Source: an uncultured Gammaproteobacteria bacterium
Lineage (GTDB): Bacteria; Patescibacteriota; Microgenomatia; Levybacterales; UBA12049
Length of the DNA: 64,000 nt
Direction: 5' to 3'
NCBI GenBank assembly: GCA_964521295.1
Contig: CAZFRF010000001.1
Coordinates: 705,016 to 769,015, forward strand
In this document: positions 9,605-18,380 of the stretch, piece after piece
How positions within the stretch are numbered: position 1 is the stretch's first letter
How the letters are laid out: each line of letters starts with the position of its first letter
Position numbers and translations under genes: made by a program
The notes under the pieces: generated by a model
Told to the model about the DNA's origin: nothing
The model's database searches: none
The model's input: the letters and a program-made list of their open reading frames with translations, nothing else

Positions 9605-10356
9605 TTTAATTTAACTGGAACTAAAGACATAAACGTGGTTCCTTTTCTATTCAAAGCAGGGATTGTTGTGGAGAATTTCCAGCCATTGCCTTGCTCATAG
9701 CAATCGCTTGGGGAAGCAGTAATGATTTTGTCTGTTGCTGGATCAGCGTCTACTATAACAAAGGTGTGAGCGCAAGAATTGCAACCAATCCAGTTCTTGG
9801 TAGAGGCAAGTATATACCAGCCCGCATTCGTAAAGCTACGAATCTGCATAATATCGGTGTGGGTTAAGGGTTTACCATCAACGGTATATTCACCCATGAT
9901 ATCCATTTGAGCTCTTTTGAGACCAACCGAGGAGAGAAAGCTTGGTTCAGTCATTTTTCGAGGACTAGATCCAACGCAGTCAATCCCCCCAGTACAGCTG
10001 CGGTTTCCCGGAAACCAAGCGATGCCCTTTTCTTCAAAAAGCCTAGATACAGTAACCGGGTTAGCTATGTTTGCATCAGATTGCTTTGCTTTTAGGCCAT
10101 ATGTCGCAAGAACCATAGCTACGCTTGATGGTCCACAACCAGAGCTTGCTATTGTGCCCGAATCGTATTTATTTGAATAATTAGACTGACAGTAAAATTT
10201 GAAATCTCCGTCTGCGTTTCCGCCAGAGCCGATGATAATTTCAAGGTCGGAAGATTGTGCAAAAACACGTTGAATAAGAAAAGCAGAGGAAAGGATTACT
10301 CCAACCAGGAATAGTATGGTAAAGACAGCAATTTTGTTTTTCATATTATCTGCCAC
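9601..10356 (-). CDS. Secreted peptidase C39-like (Peptidase_C39_2/CHAP-like papain-fold) protein, a putative cell-wall hydrolase of the T4SS-like locus
   Basis: Signal peptide, then SSGCGPSSVAMVLATYG, which closely matches the catalytic-Cys motif of the C39_2 family. A His-containing downstream motif (CAHTFVIV) follows. Confidence 0.5.
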   Translation of the reverse strand: MADNMKNKIAVFTILFLVGVILSSAFLIQRVFAQSSDLEIIIGSGGNADGDFKFYCQSNYSNKYDSGTIASSGCGPSSVAMVLATYGLKAKQSDANIANPVTVSRLFEEKGIAWFPGNRSCTGGIDCVGSSPRKMTEPSFLSSVGLKRAQMDIMGEYTVDGKPLTHTDIMQIRSFTNAGWYILASTKNWIGCNSCAHTFVIVDADPATDKIITASPSDCYEQGNGWKFSTTIPALNRKGTTFMSLVPVKLK

Positions 10357-11746
10357 TAATGGCTGGACAGCTATTATTACAATTATATCTTATATAGCTG
10401 CAGCTTGAAGCTTTATTGTTTTTTTCGCAAGTCCTTTGCTTCTCCCAGAGTTTTGCACATACGGGTTGGTCTTTGTATTTTTTAGTTCCGCACATGCATC
10501 TTGCGGTTCCCCAGTATTCAAAACTGTTGTCTTGTTGCTTGTTGGTCCAGATTGCATTTTGAATTTGTCTTTGCCATGTAACATCTCCTCTGTAGGAAAG
10601 CTTCTTCCAAGGCTGACCAGGGGGATTATTGCTGCACATTTGAAATCTTCCCCAAGTTCCTAGCGCAGCGCAGTTTCCGCTGGAATTATGATTTCCGGCA
10701 TCATGTCCATTTGGACTACCAGATTCGCAGTCTGCAAGATCAGACCAAAAGTCAACCATGGAGTCAGTAATTGGCTTATTTAAAGTATCTGCTATTACTT
10801 GCTTAAATTTTTTTTCTGTGTAGGTGCATTCAGGGTCGCCAAAATTTGCTGGTTTAAGTTGCTCTTTGAAAGGCGAAAGCTTGGTGTCTACCTCAATGAT
10901 GTTCATTATTCCACCATACTTATTGCAGGTCTTATCTGAAGGAGGGCTATCCATACCAGAGTACAGATCTCCTTCGGTGGTATCTATGTCATCGGTTGCC
11001 GTTACATCACCAAACCCACTTAACTTAAGAGAGACAGTTGTTGTTCCGTTCTTAACGCCAGGAGCAATTTTGTCAGAAATTGAGATTAAATAACTGTTGC
11101 CTGGACCCTTTTGTAGGGTACTTAGTTTCCAGCCATATCTAAATTGATTTTTAGCGCTAATTATTCCTCCAGAAGAAAGACTGTCGTATGCGGGATTTGT
11201 GCTATTTTTAGTTAAACTACTAAAGAACGCGGTGTTAATCGTGATATATACCCAGGCTTTATTTGGATCTACCTTTATTTTACTTTTATCAGCAAACACA
11301 AAGGCATACACGGTTATGTTTAAATTTCCTGTTTTGTTGTCTAGTACAGGGCAGTTCGTTCGAGAAGAGCTGCTGCAGCTAAGATATGCGTATCCACCAT
11401 TGAAGGTGAGTATTTTGGGTAGATTGGACGGAGGATTGTTTTGCGAGGATTCTGTTGTTTGTTGGGTAGTGCCTAATCCTCCTCCGCCGCCAAGTATGCT
11501 TAATAGCAGGGTGGTTACAAATAGAGCTACAAATACCCCTATTACTCCCCAAACCGCTGGAGAAAGTCCTGAGACAAGCGATTGAACGGTCTGTGCAGTA
11601 GAGTAAGCTCTTTGAGTGCTTTTAACAAATCTCCAGGCATTTCGTGCTTGTTTGGCTCTGTTGAGATTTTGTTCTAAAAACGATTTGTCATTTTGATTAG
11701 AGCCTTTATCTTCCTGAGCGTTTATTTTTATCTCATCGTCTTGCAT
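10346..11746 (-). CDS. Membrane-anchored protein with a C-terminal lysozyme-like/SLT (GH23-like) motif, a VirB1-like lytic transglycosylase candidate
   Basis: Cytoplasmic N-terminus, one TM followed by a Gly run, and a large Cys-rich ectodomain. CESGSPNGHDAGNHNSSGNCAALGTWGRFQM resembles the ES-x-NP...S-x-GA-x-GLMQ catalytic signature of SLT domains. Confidence 0.4.
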   Translation of the reverse strand: MQDDEIKINAQEDKGSNQNDKSFLEQNLNRAKQARNAWRFVKSTQRAYSTAQTVQSLVSGLSPAVWGVIGVFVALFVTTLLLSILGGGGGLGTTQQTTESSQNNPPSNLPKILTFNGGYAYLSCSSSSRTNCPVLDNKTGNLNITVYAFVFADKSKIKVDPNKAWVYITINTAFFSSLTKNSTNPAYDSLSSGGIISAKNQFRYGWKLSTLQKGPGNSYLISISDKIAPGVKNGTTTVSLKLSGFGDVTATDDIDTTEGDLYSGMDSPPSDKTCNKYGGIMNIIEVDTKLSPFKEQLKPANFGDPECTYTEKKFKQVIADTLNKPITDSMVDFWSDLADCESGSPNGHDAGNHNSSGNCAALGTWGRFQMCSNNPPGQPWKKLSYRGDVTWQRQIQNAIWTNKQQDNSFEYWGTARCMCGTKKYKDQPVCAKLWEKQRTCEKNNKASSCSYIRYNCNNSCPAISGR

Positions 11747-11748
11747 TG

Positions 11749-13530
11749 TTAAGCCTCCTTATTTTTCAGTATTTCTTGCGGGTTTGACGTAATCATTTCA
11801 TGCTCAAAAGGAGCTGCTACGATTTGTATGGCTACATGATTTTGTCCTGCGAAAAACAACCCTTCTCCAATATTGGCAGAGAGAAGTAGTTCTTTTTCAC
11901 CTTGAGTTAAGTAAAACACGTCTGAAACTAGGTCAATTTCTGATGGACTTTGCTTTAAAATCATTTGGATAGAAGAGTTAGACAAAACAGCCTTTCCATA
12001 GTCTGTGGAAAGGAAGTCCTGAACGTCCTGTGTGGCAGTAGTAAGCCCCAGGTAGTACTTTCTCGATCTTTTGGCAATAGAATACACAAATGAGGCAGAG
12101 TCTTCATATTTCATCATGTACCAGGCCTCATCTAGTATTAATAACCTTTTTTTTAGATCTTTTCTAACCTTTGTCCAAACAAAGTCTAAGATTATATGCA
12201 TCGCAATTGGCCTTAACTCCTCTTCTAGTCCGCGCAGGTTAAAAACGGTGAAGGGGTTAGAGATGTCAAAGTTTGACTGTTGGTTAAAAATCCCGGACAA
12301 AGAACCCTTGATAAATTTTTCAAGCATTAGGGCGAGTTCTTTGGCTTTTTCTTCTTCCATCCCAAGCAAGACTTTGTATAGATCCTCCATGATTGGCGGC
12401 GTCCTCTTTTGGGTGGATGGTTCAACCGTAATGCCTTTTTGCCTATATGTTTCAACAAGCGCTCTATCTAGTATTGCATCGTGGGCTGGGTCTAGTTTGC
12501 CTAGAACTATTTTTAATAATCCATGGAGACTAAGTATTTTGAGCCCCAGTTCGTTTTCGCCCTCTTCGTAGAGACCGGTTAAATCAAAGGGGTTAATTTT
12601 AATAGCCGATGAGGCATTAAAGCTAACTTGTTCTCCGCCTAGGGTCTGAGCTAATTTTTCATACTCTCCTTCGGGATCGATGATTATGACTTCTGTTCCA
12701 AAGATAAACTGGCGCATTGCTTCAAGTTTAATTAAGTAAGATTTTCCGGATCCAGATTTGCCGAGAACAACCTCGTTGGCATTTTCTAGGCTAAATCTGT
12801 CAAAGATAATTAAGGATCCGTTTTGTTGATTTATTCCATACATTATTCCTCTATCTTGAGTAAGGGTTGCAGATGTAAAAGGAAAAGTAGACGCAAGTGA
12901 GGTCGTGTCCATATTGTGGGTAATCAATAGTTTATCTGATGCAATTGGAATTGAAGACTTAAACCCATCCTCCATTTGTAACGTGGCAGTTTTGGATAAA
13001 AGGAGGAGGGAGCTAAGCGTTGAATTTAGATTTTTTGACGCTTCGTGTAGTTCCTCTAATGAATCAGATGCAAGGGATACGTATAGGCTAACCTGGAAAA
13101 ATCTTTCCATCCCTTTTGCTAATTCTTCTTGTACGCTAAGCGCGTCTTCCAACGATGCTTGAACAGTAGGGTTTGTCTCTAATCCTTCTTCCTCGTCGGA
13201 GGCAAGGGTCGCTTCCATTTCAGCAATTTTTCTTCTTAAATCAGATAAAACATCTGGCGTCGAGGAGGGGTAGATGAACATAGAGACGTTCATTGAATGA
13301 TCAAAGTTTATTAGTGGTGCAAGCCAGTTTGGATTAACATACCTTGGGTAGCCTGCTATAAACAAAGTTTTGTGAACCTTTTCTCCTACTCGAATATTGT
13401 TGAAATCAACCTCAACAGATGAAGGGGCAATAATATCTGGGATTGAGTTTGTCCCTCTTTGTAGCGCTTGGAGTCGAGGATCTGTTACGACCTGATTTGT
13501 TTCTTTATTTTGCTTTTTTTTGCCAAACAT
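11749..13530 (-). CDS. VirB4/TrbE/CagE-family T4SS ATPase (C-terminal ATPase domain)
   Basis: Walker A GKSGSGKS and Walker B LLILDEAW. The DEAW motif is characteristic of VirB4. Confidence 0.8.
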   Translation of the reverse strand: MFGKKKQNKETNQVVTDPRLQALQRGTNSIPDIIAPSSVEVDFNNIRVGEKVHKTLFIAGYPRYVNPNWLAPLINFDHSMNVSMFIYPSSTPDVLSDLRRKIAEMEATLASDEEEGLETNPTVQASLEDALSVQEELAKGMERFFQVSLYVSLASDSLEELHEASKNLNSTLSSLLLLSKTATLQMEDGFKSSIPIASDKLLITHNMDTTSLASTFPFTSATLTQDRGIMYGINQQNGSLIIFDRFSLENANEVVLGKSGSGKSYLIKLEAMRQFIFGTEVIIIDPEGEYEKLAQTLGGEQVSFNASSAIKINPFDLTGLYEEGENELGLKILSLHGLLKIVLGKLDPAHDAILDRALVETYRQKGITVEPSTQKRTPPIMEDLYKVLLGMEEEKAKELALMLEKFIKGSLSGIFNQQSNFDISNPFTVFNLRGLEEELRPIAMHIILDFVWTKVRKDLKKRLLILDEAWYMMKYEDSASFVYSIAKRSRKYYLGLTTATQDVQDFLSTDYGKAVLSNSSIQMILKQSPSEIDLVSDVFYLTQGEKELLLSANIGEGLFFAGQNHVAIQIVAAPFEHEMITSNPQEILKNKEA

Positions 13531-14183
13531 TATTTTACCTCCTTTCCTTTTACAATCGCCTTACCCTCTGTTTCATGTTTGGGGGTAAGGGACATCTCAT
13601 TGAAAATGTCATAATAGAGCTTTATTAGCTTATTTCGATCTAATATTTCCGATTTTAAGCCAATTCGTCCAAGTTGATTTCGAACGGTTTCTGCTTTAGA
13701 TCTTAAAACAGGCCCTGCTTGTTTGGAAAACTCTTCTAGAGCGCTAAGTCCAGCTACTTGCTTTGCTCCAAACACGCCTTTTTCTAAAGAAGAATAGGGA
13801 ACAACAATATAAAAGTTCTTGTCTAGTACGGAATTAACCTTAATTAGTTCTGCGACAAAATTTCTATACATCTGAATATGCTGAGAGAAGTTAGGGTTAA
13901 GTGTTTTTCTGGCCTCTTCGGTTAGCGCGTCCAGATAGCTTGAGATATTTAAAAGCTTGCTTCTTACAACTATTTGAATAGAAAAAGAAAGAGAGTTTAA
14001 CAGAGCTGAGTATGCATAGATTTTGGCATTTTGTTCTTGTTCCGATAGTAAATCGAAGTTAGTTGCTTCTACTTTTATTACCATGCAGGCGTTTCCGCCT
14101 GGAAGCACAACTACGTCATCAAATATATCTTGAATCTCAATAAATTTTTGGGTTGAGTTTGGTTTTATGCTTGCTTTGCCCAT
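13530..14183 (-). CDS. Hypothetical 217 aa soluble protein translationally coupled to VirB4. It is probably the detached N-terminal domain of VirB4.
   Basis: Its stop overlaps the VirB4 ATG (TAATG). 217 + 593 = 810 aa, the canonical VirB4 size. No TM. Confidence 0.35.
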   Translation of the reverse strand: MGKASIKPNSTQKFIEIQDIFDDVVVLPGGNACMVIKVEATNFDLLSEQEQNAKIYAYSALLNSLSFSIQIVVRSKLLNISSYLDALTEEARKTLNPNFSQHIQMYRNFVAELIKVNSVLDKNFYIVVPYSSLEKGVFGAKQVAGLSALEEFSKQAGPVLRSKAETVRNQLGRIGLKSEILDRNKLIKLYYDIFNEMSLTPKHETEGKAIVKGKEVK

Positions 14184-15361
14184 TAGTTAAAAAGAGACCT
14201 CCTTAGCTCTTCTCTTTGATCGGTAGAGATAACCTCAATAGGCATAATTACTTCTCCTTTGGTTTCAAATGCAACAGAGTCAAATCGATTTTGTCCTTTT
14301 GGATCCTCAAAACTAATGGTATATTTCCCATTGTTAAGAGCTGTGGCTGAGGCAAAATGTCCTAGGGCATTAGTTTTAAAAGCTCTTACAGCGTTTCCTT
14401 CTTCATCTTTAACCTCGACTAAAACATTAGCTAAGGGGTTTCCCCTAGGATCTTTAATGATTCCCGTAAGTAAGTTGGGGAATTCAGGGACACTTGGAAG
14501 TCCTACACTTTGGCTCATTGAATGAGGAATACTTCTTACAAATTTAGTCTCTTTTGCAGGAGCAGTCGTAGCAGTAGAAGGAGTAAAAACAGGCGAGCTT
14601 GAGCTATTCATATTTTTTTGAATCTCAATTAGTTTTTTCTCTAATTCTTCTTTTTGAGTTAGCATCTCATTCATTTGTTTTTGCAATTCCAAGACCTTTT
14701 GATGTGCGTCTAAAAGAGCTTGGGGATCAGCTTGGGCCTGTTTTTGTTCATTTACCTTTGCTTGAGCAAGCTCTTTTTCGAGTAAAGCAGCTGTTTTAAT
14801 TAATTCTTGGTTTTCTTCTGGCGCTTTAATTTTCTCTGGAGCTTGGGAAGAAGGCATTGGTTGGGCCACGGGTTGTCCTTGCCTAGCGTAGTAGTGCGAG
14901 GGAATACTGTTGGGAACGTTAATGTTGGAAGTTTGAGCTGAATATGCATTTAGATTTTGAAAAAATACAGATTCTTTTTGATCTAGTTTATTTTTTGGCT
15001 TATTTTTTATAAAGTTTTTAAACTGTTGGCTAGCTAGGGCATTTGGGTCTTCTTGTTTTGCCCATAGGCTTGCTCCCTGTTTTTGATATATATATTGAGT
15101 TGGGCTAAACACGGCTTTAAAAAAATGGGCAATCATTAAGTCTAAAGGCCGCCCAGATACTTGTAAAAAGGCAAAGCCTGCGCCAATTGCTCCAAAAGCT
15201 ATAGCTAAAGGAGCCTTGATAACAAAAGGCAAGGGCAAGATGTATGTAATCCAACCAATAATAGCCCCAGCTGCAATATAGGCAAACTGCTTTACCGTCA
15301 TGTCTCCAATTAGCTTGAATTGAAAACCTGTAATGTCTTGTGGAATAGGATGATTTTCCAT
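14183..15361 (-). CDS. Two-TM, VirB3-like membrane protein fused to a long coiled coil and a C-terminal CarboxypepD_reg-like beta-sandwich domain
   Basis: Two N-terminal TM helices lie directly upstream of VirB4, the usual VirB3 position. A Gln/Glu/Lys-rich coiled coil follows. The C-terminal region GIIKDPRGNPLANVLVEVKDEEGNAVRAFKTNALGHFASATALNNGKYTISFEDPKG matches the CarboxypepD_reg pattern. Confidence 0.4.
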   Translation of the reverse strand: MENHPIPQDITGFQFKLIGDMTVKQFAYIAAGAIIGWITYILPLPFVIKAPLAIAFGAIGAGFAFLQVSGRPLDLMIAHFFKAVFSPTQYIYQKQGASLWAKQEDPNALASQQFKNFIKNKPKNKLDQKESVFFQNLNAYSAQTSNINVPNSIPSHYYARQGQPVAQPMPSSQAPEKIKAPEENQELIKTAALLEKELAQAKVNEQKQAQADPQALLDAHQKVLELQKQMNEMLTQKEELEKKLIEIQKNMNSSSSPVFTPSTATTAPAKETKFVRSIPHSMSQSVGLPSVPEFPNLLTGIIKDPRGNPLANVLVEVKDEEGNAVRAFKTNALGHFASATALNNGKYTISFEDPKGQNRFDSVAFETKGEVIMPIEVISTDQREELRRSLFN

Positions 15362-15463
15362 AATAAATACCTCTATTTCTAGTATTTACCGTGAAAAATA
15401 TCATTTCAAGGTTATCAAAATATAACAAACCTCAAATTAAGTGGATCTACTTTTGCGTGAAAA

Positions 15464-15784
15464 CTATTTAAAGGAAAAATTATCTAAACCAGAAACTCCA
15501 GTTATGCGACCAATTAAATTGACGATAGCAAAAGAAGCAAAAATTAAAATCAGCCCAAGTAGAGAGTAGAGGAAGGTTTTTCTTGCAGAGTCAATGGATT
15601 TTGAATCTCCTCCTGAATTGATAAATTTAATTCCTGAATAAATTATCATAAATAGAGCAATAGTTCCTGCGCCAGCAAGTAGCCAATTTACAGCTAGGGC
15701 TATTAAATCAGGAATACAAGTAAGGTTGGGGATACCATGTCCTCTGCCTGCCATTTGAGTGCAAGACCAATCCATCTTAAACAT
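15464..15784 (-). CDS. VirB2/TrbC-like T4SS pilin (two-TM hairpin), paralog 1
   Basis: 106 aa. A hydrophobic helix, then the loop YSGIKFINSGGDSKSIDSARKTF, then a second helix. The same architecture is seen in the three neighbours. Confidence 0.5.
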   Translation of the reverse strand: MFKMDWSCTQMAGRGHGIPNLTCIPDLIALAVNWLLAGAGTIALFMIIYSGIKFINSGGDSKSIDSARKTFLYSLLGLILIFASFAIVNLIGRITGVSGLDNFSFK

Positions 15785-15828
15785 AATAAATATACAATAT
15801 CATTCCTAAGTAGTTTTAACAATAGATT

Positions 15829-16251
15829 TTAACGGCCGATTGATGGAAGGACAAAGAAGTTTGCTGTTTGTCCAGGAATAAAGAATCCAAGTAAGATATT
15901 CAATATAAAGTAGGATAAGAATATTATGACTAAGCCAATTACGGCTGCAATAATATGCTCTCTCGCTGCTCCAACTGCAGATTTGTCTCCACCTGAGGTT
16001 AACCATTTAAATCCACCCCAGATTAGGTAGAAAAGAGCAACAATTATTGAGATAACAAAGATAAAAGAAATGATTGCTGGAATAGCATTACTAACGGAGA
16101 ATCCACATAAAGGATTAAATTGCCCAGCTGGGCAAAGCTCAACTCTGGTTGCTCCTGCTGGAACAGTTGGGGTAGGGGTAGCCGCCATTGCTACGTTAGC
16201 TAATAATAAATATGCTGGCGTTAGGACTGAGGTAGATAATAATTTTTTCAT
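15829..16251 (-). CDS. VirB2-like T4SS pilin with signal peptide, paralog 2
   Basis: Signal peptide ending AMA, a Cys pair in the N-terminal segment, and the core LYLIWGGFKWLTSGGDKSAVGAAREHII between two TM helices. Confidence 0.5.
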   Translation of the reverse strand: MKKLLSTSVLTPAYLLLANVAMAATPTPTVPAGATRVELCPAGQFNPLCGFSVSNAIPAIISFIFVISIIVALFYLIWGGFKWLTSGGDKSAVGAAREHIIAAVIGLVIIFLSYFILNILLGFFIPGQTANFFVLPSIGR

Positions 16252-16294
16252 GTATATATTTAGACTAAACAGTTTTTAAATAATTGTCAAGAGT

Positions 16295-16810
16295 CTATTT
16301 ACAGCTATATGCAATAGCTCCGCCGGTAACGTTAGATGCTTGACATGTTTGTCCTGCGTTACAGCATTTTGGTCCACAAGCAAACTTTGACCCTGTACAT
16401 GTTGCACCGCTTGTTGTGCTATTCGTTATTGAGGGTATGGTAAAGTTGCTCAAACTAAAGCCTGGGATAAAGAAGTTTATTACAATATTTAGGATTAAAT
16501 AAGATAAAAAGATAACAATAAGGCCAATGATTGATGCAATAATATGCTCTCTCGCTGCTCCAACTGCAGATTTGTCTCCACCTGAGGTTAACCATTTAAA
16601 TCCTCCCCAGATTAAATAAAGCAGGGCAACAATTGTTGAGAGAACGAAGATAAAGTTTATAAAACTAGCTATAAGTTTCGCAGGGTCTCCCGCTGCATTA
16701 CAGATTACACCAAAGCTTCCAGTTGGGCATAATGTGCTAGCTGCAAAAACAGGAGAGGTTAATCCAAAAAAGCTGAAGGAAAAGATAAGGCCTGTGAGTA
16801 GTTTTTTCAC
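16295..16810 (-). CDS. VirB2-like T4SS pilin with signal peptide and a C-terminal Cys-rich extension, paralog 3
   Basis: Its core is identical to paralog 2. The 16541-16610 nt stretch is nearly identical to 15951-16020. It adds a tail with 7 Cys. Confidence 0.5.
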   Translation of the reverse strand: MKKLLTGLIFSFSFFGLTSPVFAASTLCPTGSFGVICNAAGDPAKLIASFINFIFVLSTIVALLYLIWGGFKWLTSGGDKSAVGAAREHIIASIIGLIVIFLSYLILNIVINFFIPGFSLSNFTIPSITNSTTSGATCTGSKFACGPKCCNAGQTCQASNVTGGAIAYSCK

Positions 16811-16851
16811 CTTAAATAAATCTTAGGCACAATTTACTGGTTTGTCAAGTC

Positions 16852-17199
16852 CTAGGGTAGTTTTAGTAAGTTTACCCCAAAATAGACGCCTAAAATATTT
16901 AGTATAAAGTAGGAAATAAAAACAATTACTAATCCTACAATCGTAAATCCGATTCTTTGTCTTGCCTGTTGAACTTTTTGCTTGTCTCCAGCGGAGGTCA
17001 TCCATTGCCAGCCTGAGTAAATTAATATTATTAATCCAAAAACAATAGCAAAGAGCGTGATAAATGCAAGGCCTGTTTTAATTGCCTTAATTAAAGTATC
17101 AAGTCCTCCCGTCGGCATACCACTTACACTTTGAACCTTTATTGGTTGCTTATCTGGGCCCATTATTGAGAGCGCAATTAGTTTCATGTTATTTTCCAA
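16852..17199 (-). CDS. VirB2-like T4SS pilin, paralog 4
   Basis: Core motif IYSGWQWMTSAGDKQKVQQARQRI flanked by two TM helices. Confidence 0.45.
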   Translation of the reverse strand: MENNMKLIALSIMGPDKQPIKVQSVSGMPTGGLDTLIKAIKTGLAFITLFAIVFGLIILIYSGWQWMTSAGDKQKVQQARQRIGFTIVGLVIVFISYFILNILGVYFGVNLLKLP

Positions 17200-18379
17200 A
17201 TCCAGGCAATCTTAGTATGTCATATCCAATAGTTTGTAATATCACTAAGGAAAAGATTGTAAAAAGAAGACCGATAATGGCAGCGGTTAGTTGGTCTTTC
17301 GCTCCTTGTATTTTTTCAGGATTTCCCTGCGAAACCATGAGTCTGTAGCCTGAAAAAATAATTAAAATAGTGGCAATTCCGCCAATGACGCCAAATAAAA
17401 TTCCCATTAAAGTTTTTATAAACTCTCCAGGTCCACCTGTAAAGTTTATTTTTATGCCTAGGCCTGTTTGTATTTGGCAATTCTTATTTTTTACCTGATC
17501 TTCGCTACAAATGGGGGTAGGCGTGTTGTATCTGTATTTTGGACTTTCAAATGTAATTGCGGATTTAACAACAGAGCACTTTTCCTGTCTATCGTTAGCG
17601 CATCTGCATTCGTAGTTGCTGCATACGCTGGTGGATTTTCCGCAGGTACCGGAGGTTATGCATCCTTTTAGACATTTTCCTGATATGCAGGCATCTCCTA
17701 ATGATCCTCCCGTTTGGCAGTAGTAGCCAGAAGCGCAATTTCCTCTAGGCTTAGAGTTGCCTGCTCCGTTTTGACTGCACATGTTGTAGTCTTCGGAGTC
17801 TGGAGTGATCCTGCAATCTTGATTATTTCCTTGTCCATCTCCTGGGGGAGGCTTGGGCTCCGAGCCATCTGAATTATTAATAGTTAGGCTGCTTTTGCAG
17901 ATAGCAAATCCTTCGTCATCGCAGGTTGCTGGAGACGTGTTTTGTCCAAATACAGCATTGCAGAGCTTAAGAGTGTATTTGCCGCTTTTAAGAGTGTTAA
18001 TGTCTTGTAGGGTGTCTGTACGGAAAACCAAAGGCTCCCCAGATTGCTTGTCTTCCACCCACGTTGCACATCCTAAGCCAAACTGATCTGACAGGTTGGG
18101 GTTTGGAGTGCAAAACTCCCCGGTAGCATCCCCAATGATAACTGCGAAGTACTGGTTTCCATTAGAATCATTATCCGAAATATTGTTAAAAGTAAGCTCT
18201 TTAACAGATCCTGGATTTATTTTGGAGTTTTTAGTATTAGGGTTAAAAGAAAAAGAGCATTCGCTTATTGCAAGAGCCTGATCTTTTAAAACAAAGAATA
18301 GGCAAGAAACAAAAAAGAATAATAAAAAAATTTTTCTTAACACCTTTTTATCGTAACGCAACAATGAGGTAAATTTCAA
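17189..18379 (-). CDS. Large secreted Cys-rich protein with a C-terminal VirB2-like pilin module, a putative pilus-associated adhesin or minor pilin
   Basis: Signal peptide, then about 300 aa with more than 30 Cys. The C-terminal 75 aa (IFSGYRLMVSQGNPEKIQGAKDQLTAAIIGLLFTIFSLVIL) repeat the pilin hairpin architecture. Confidence 0.45.
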   Translation of the reverse strand: MKFTSLLRYDKKVLRKIFLLFFFVSCLFFVLKDQALAISECSFSFNPNTKNSKINPGSVKELTFNNISDNDSNGNQYFAVIIGDATGEFCTPNPNLSDQFGLGCATWVEDKQSGEPLVFRTDTLQDINTLKSGKYTLKLCNAVFGQNTSPATCDDEGFAICKSSLTINNSDGSEPKPPPGDGQGNNQDCRITPDSEDYNMCSQNGAGNSKPRGNCASGYYCQTGGSLGDACISGKCLKGCITSGTCGKSTSVCSNYECRCANDRQEKCSVVKSAITFESPKYRYNTPTPICSEDQVKNKNCQIQTGLGIKINFTGGPGEFIKTLMGILFGVIGGIATILIIFSGYRLMVSQGNPEKIQGAKDQLTAAIIGLLFTIFSLVILQTIGYDILRLPGFGK

Positions 18380-18380
18380 G

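Noticed and set aside
15117-15428. 103-aa minus-strand ORF overlapping the VirB3-like gene start
   Set aside because: It is in a different frame and overlaps a well-supported longer ORF. Its composition is typical of an out-of-frame artefact.
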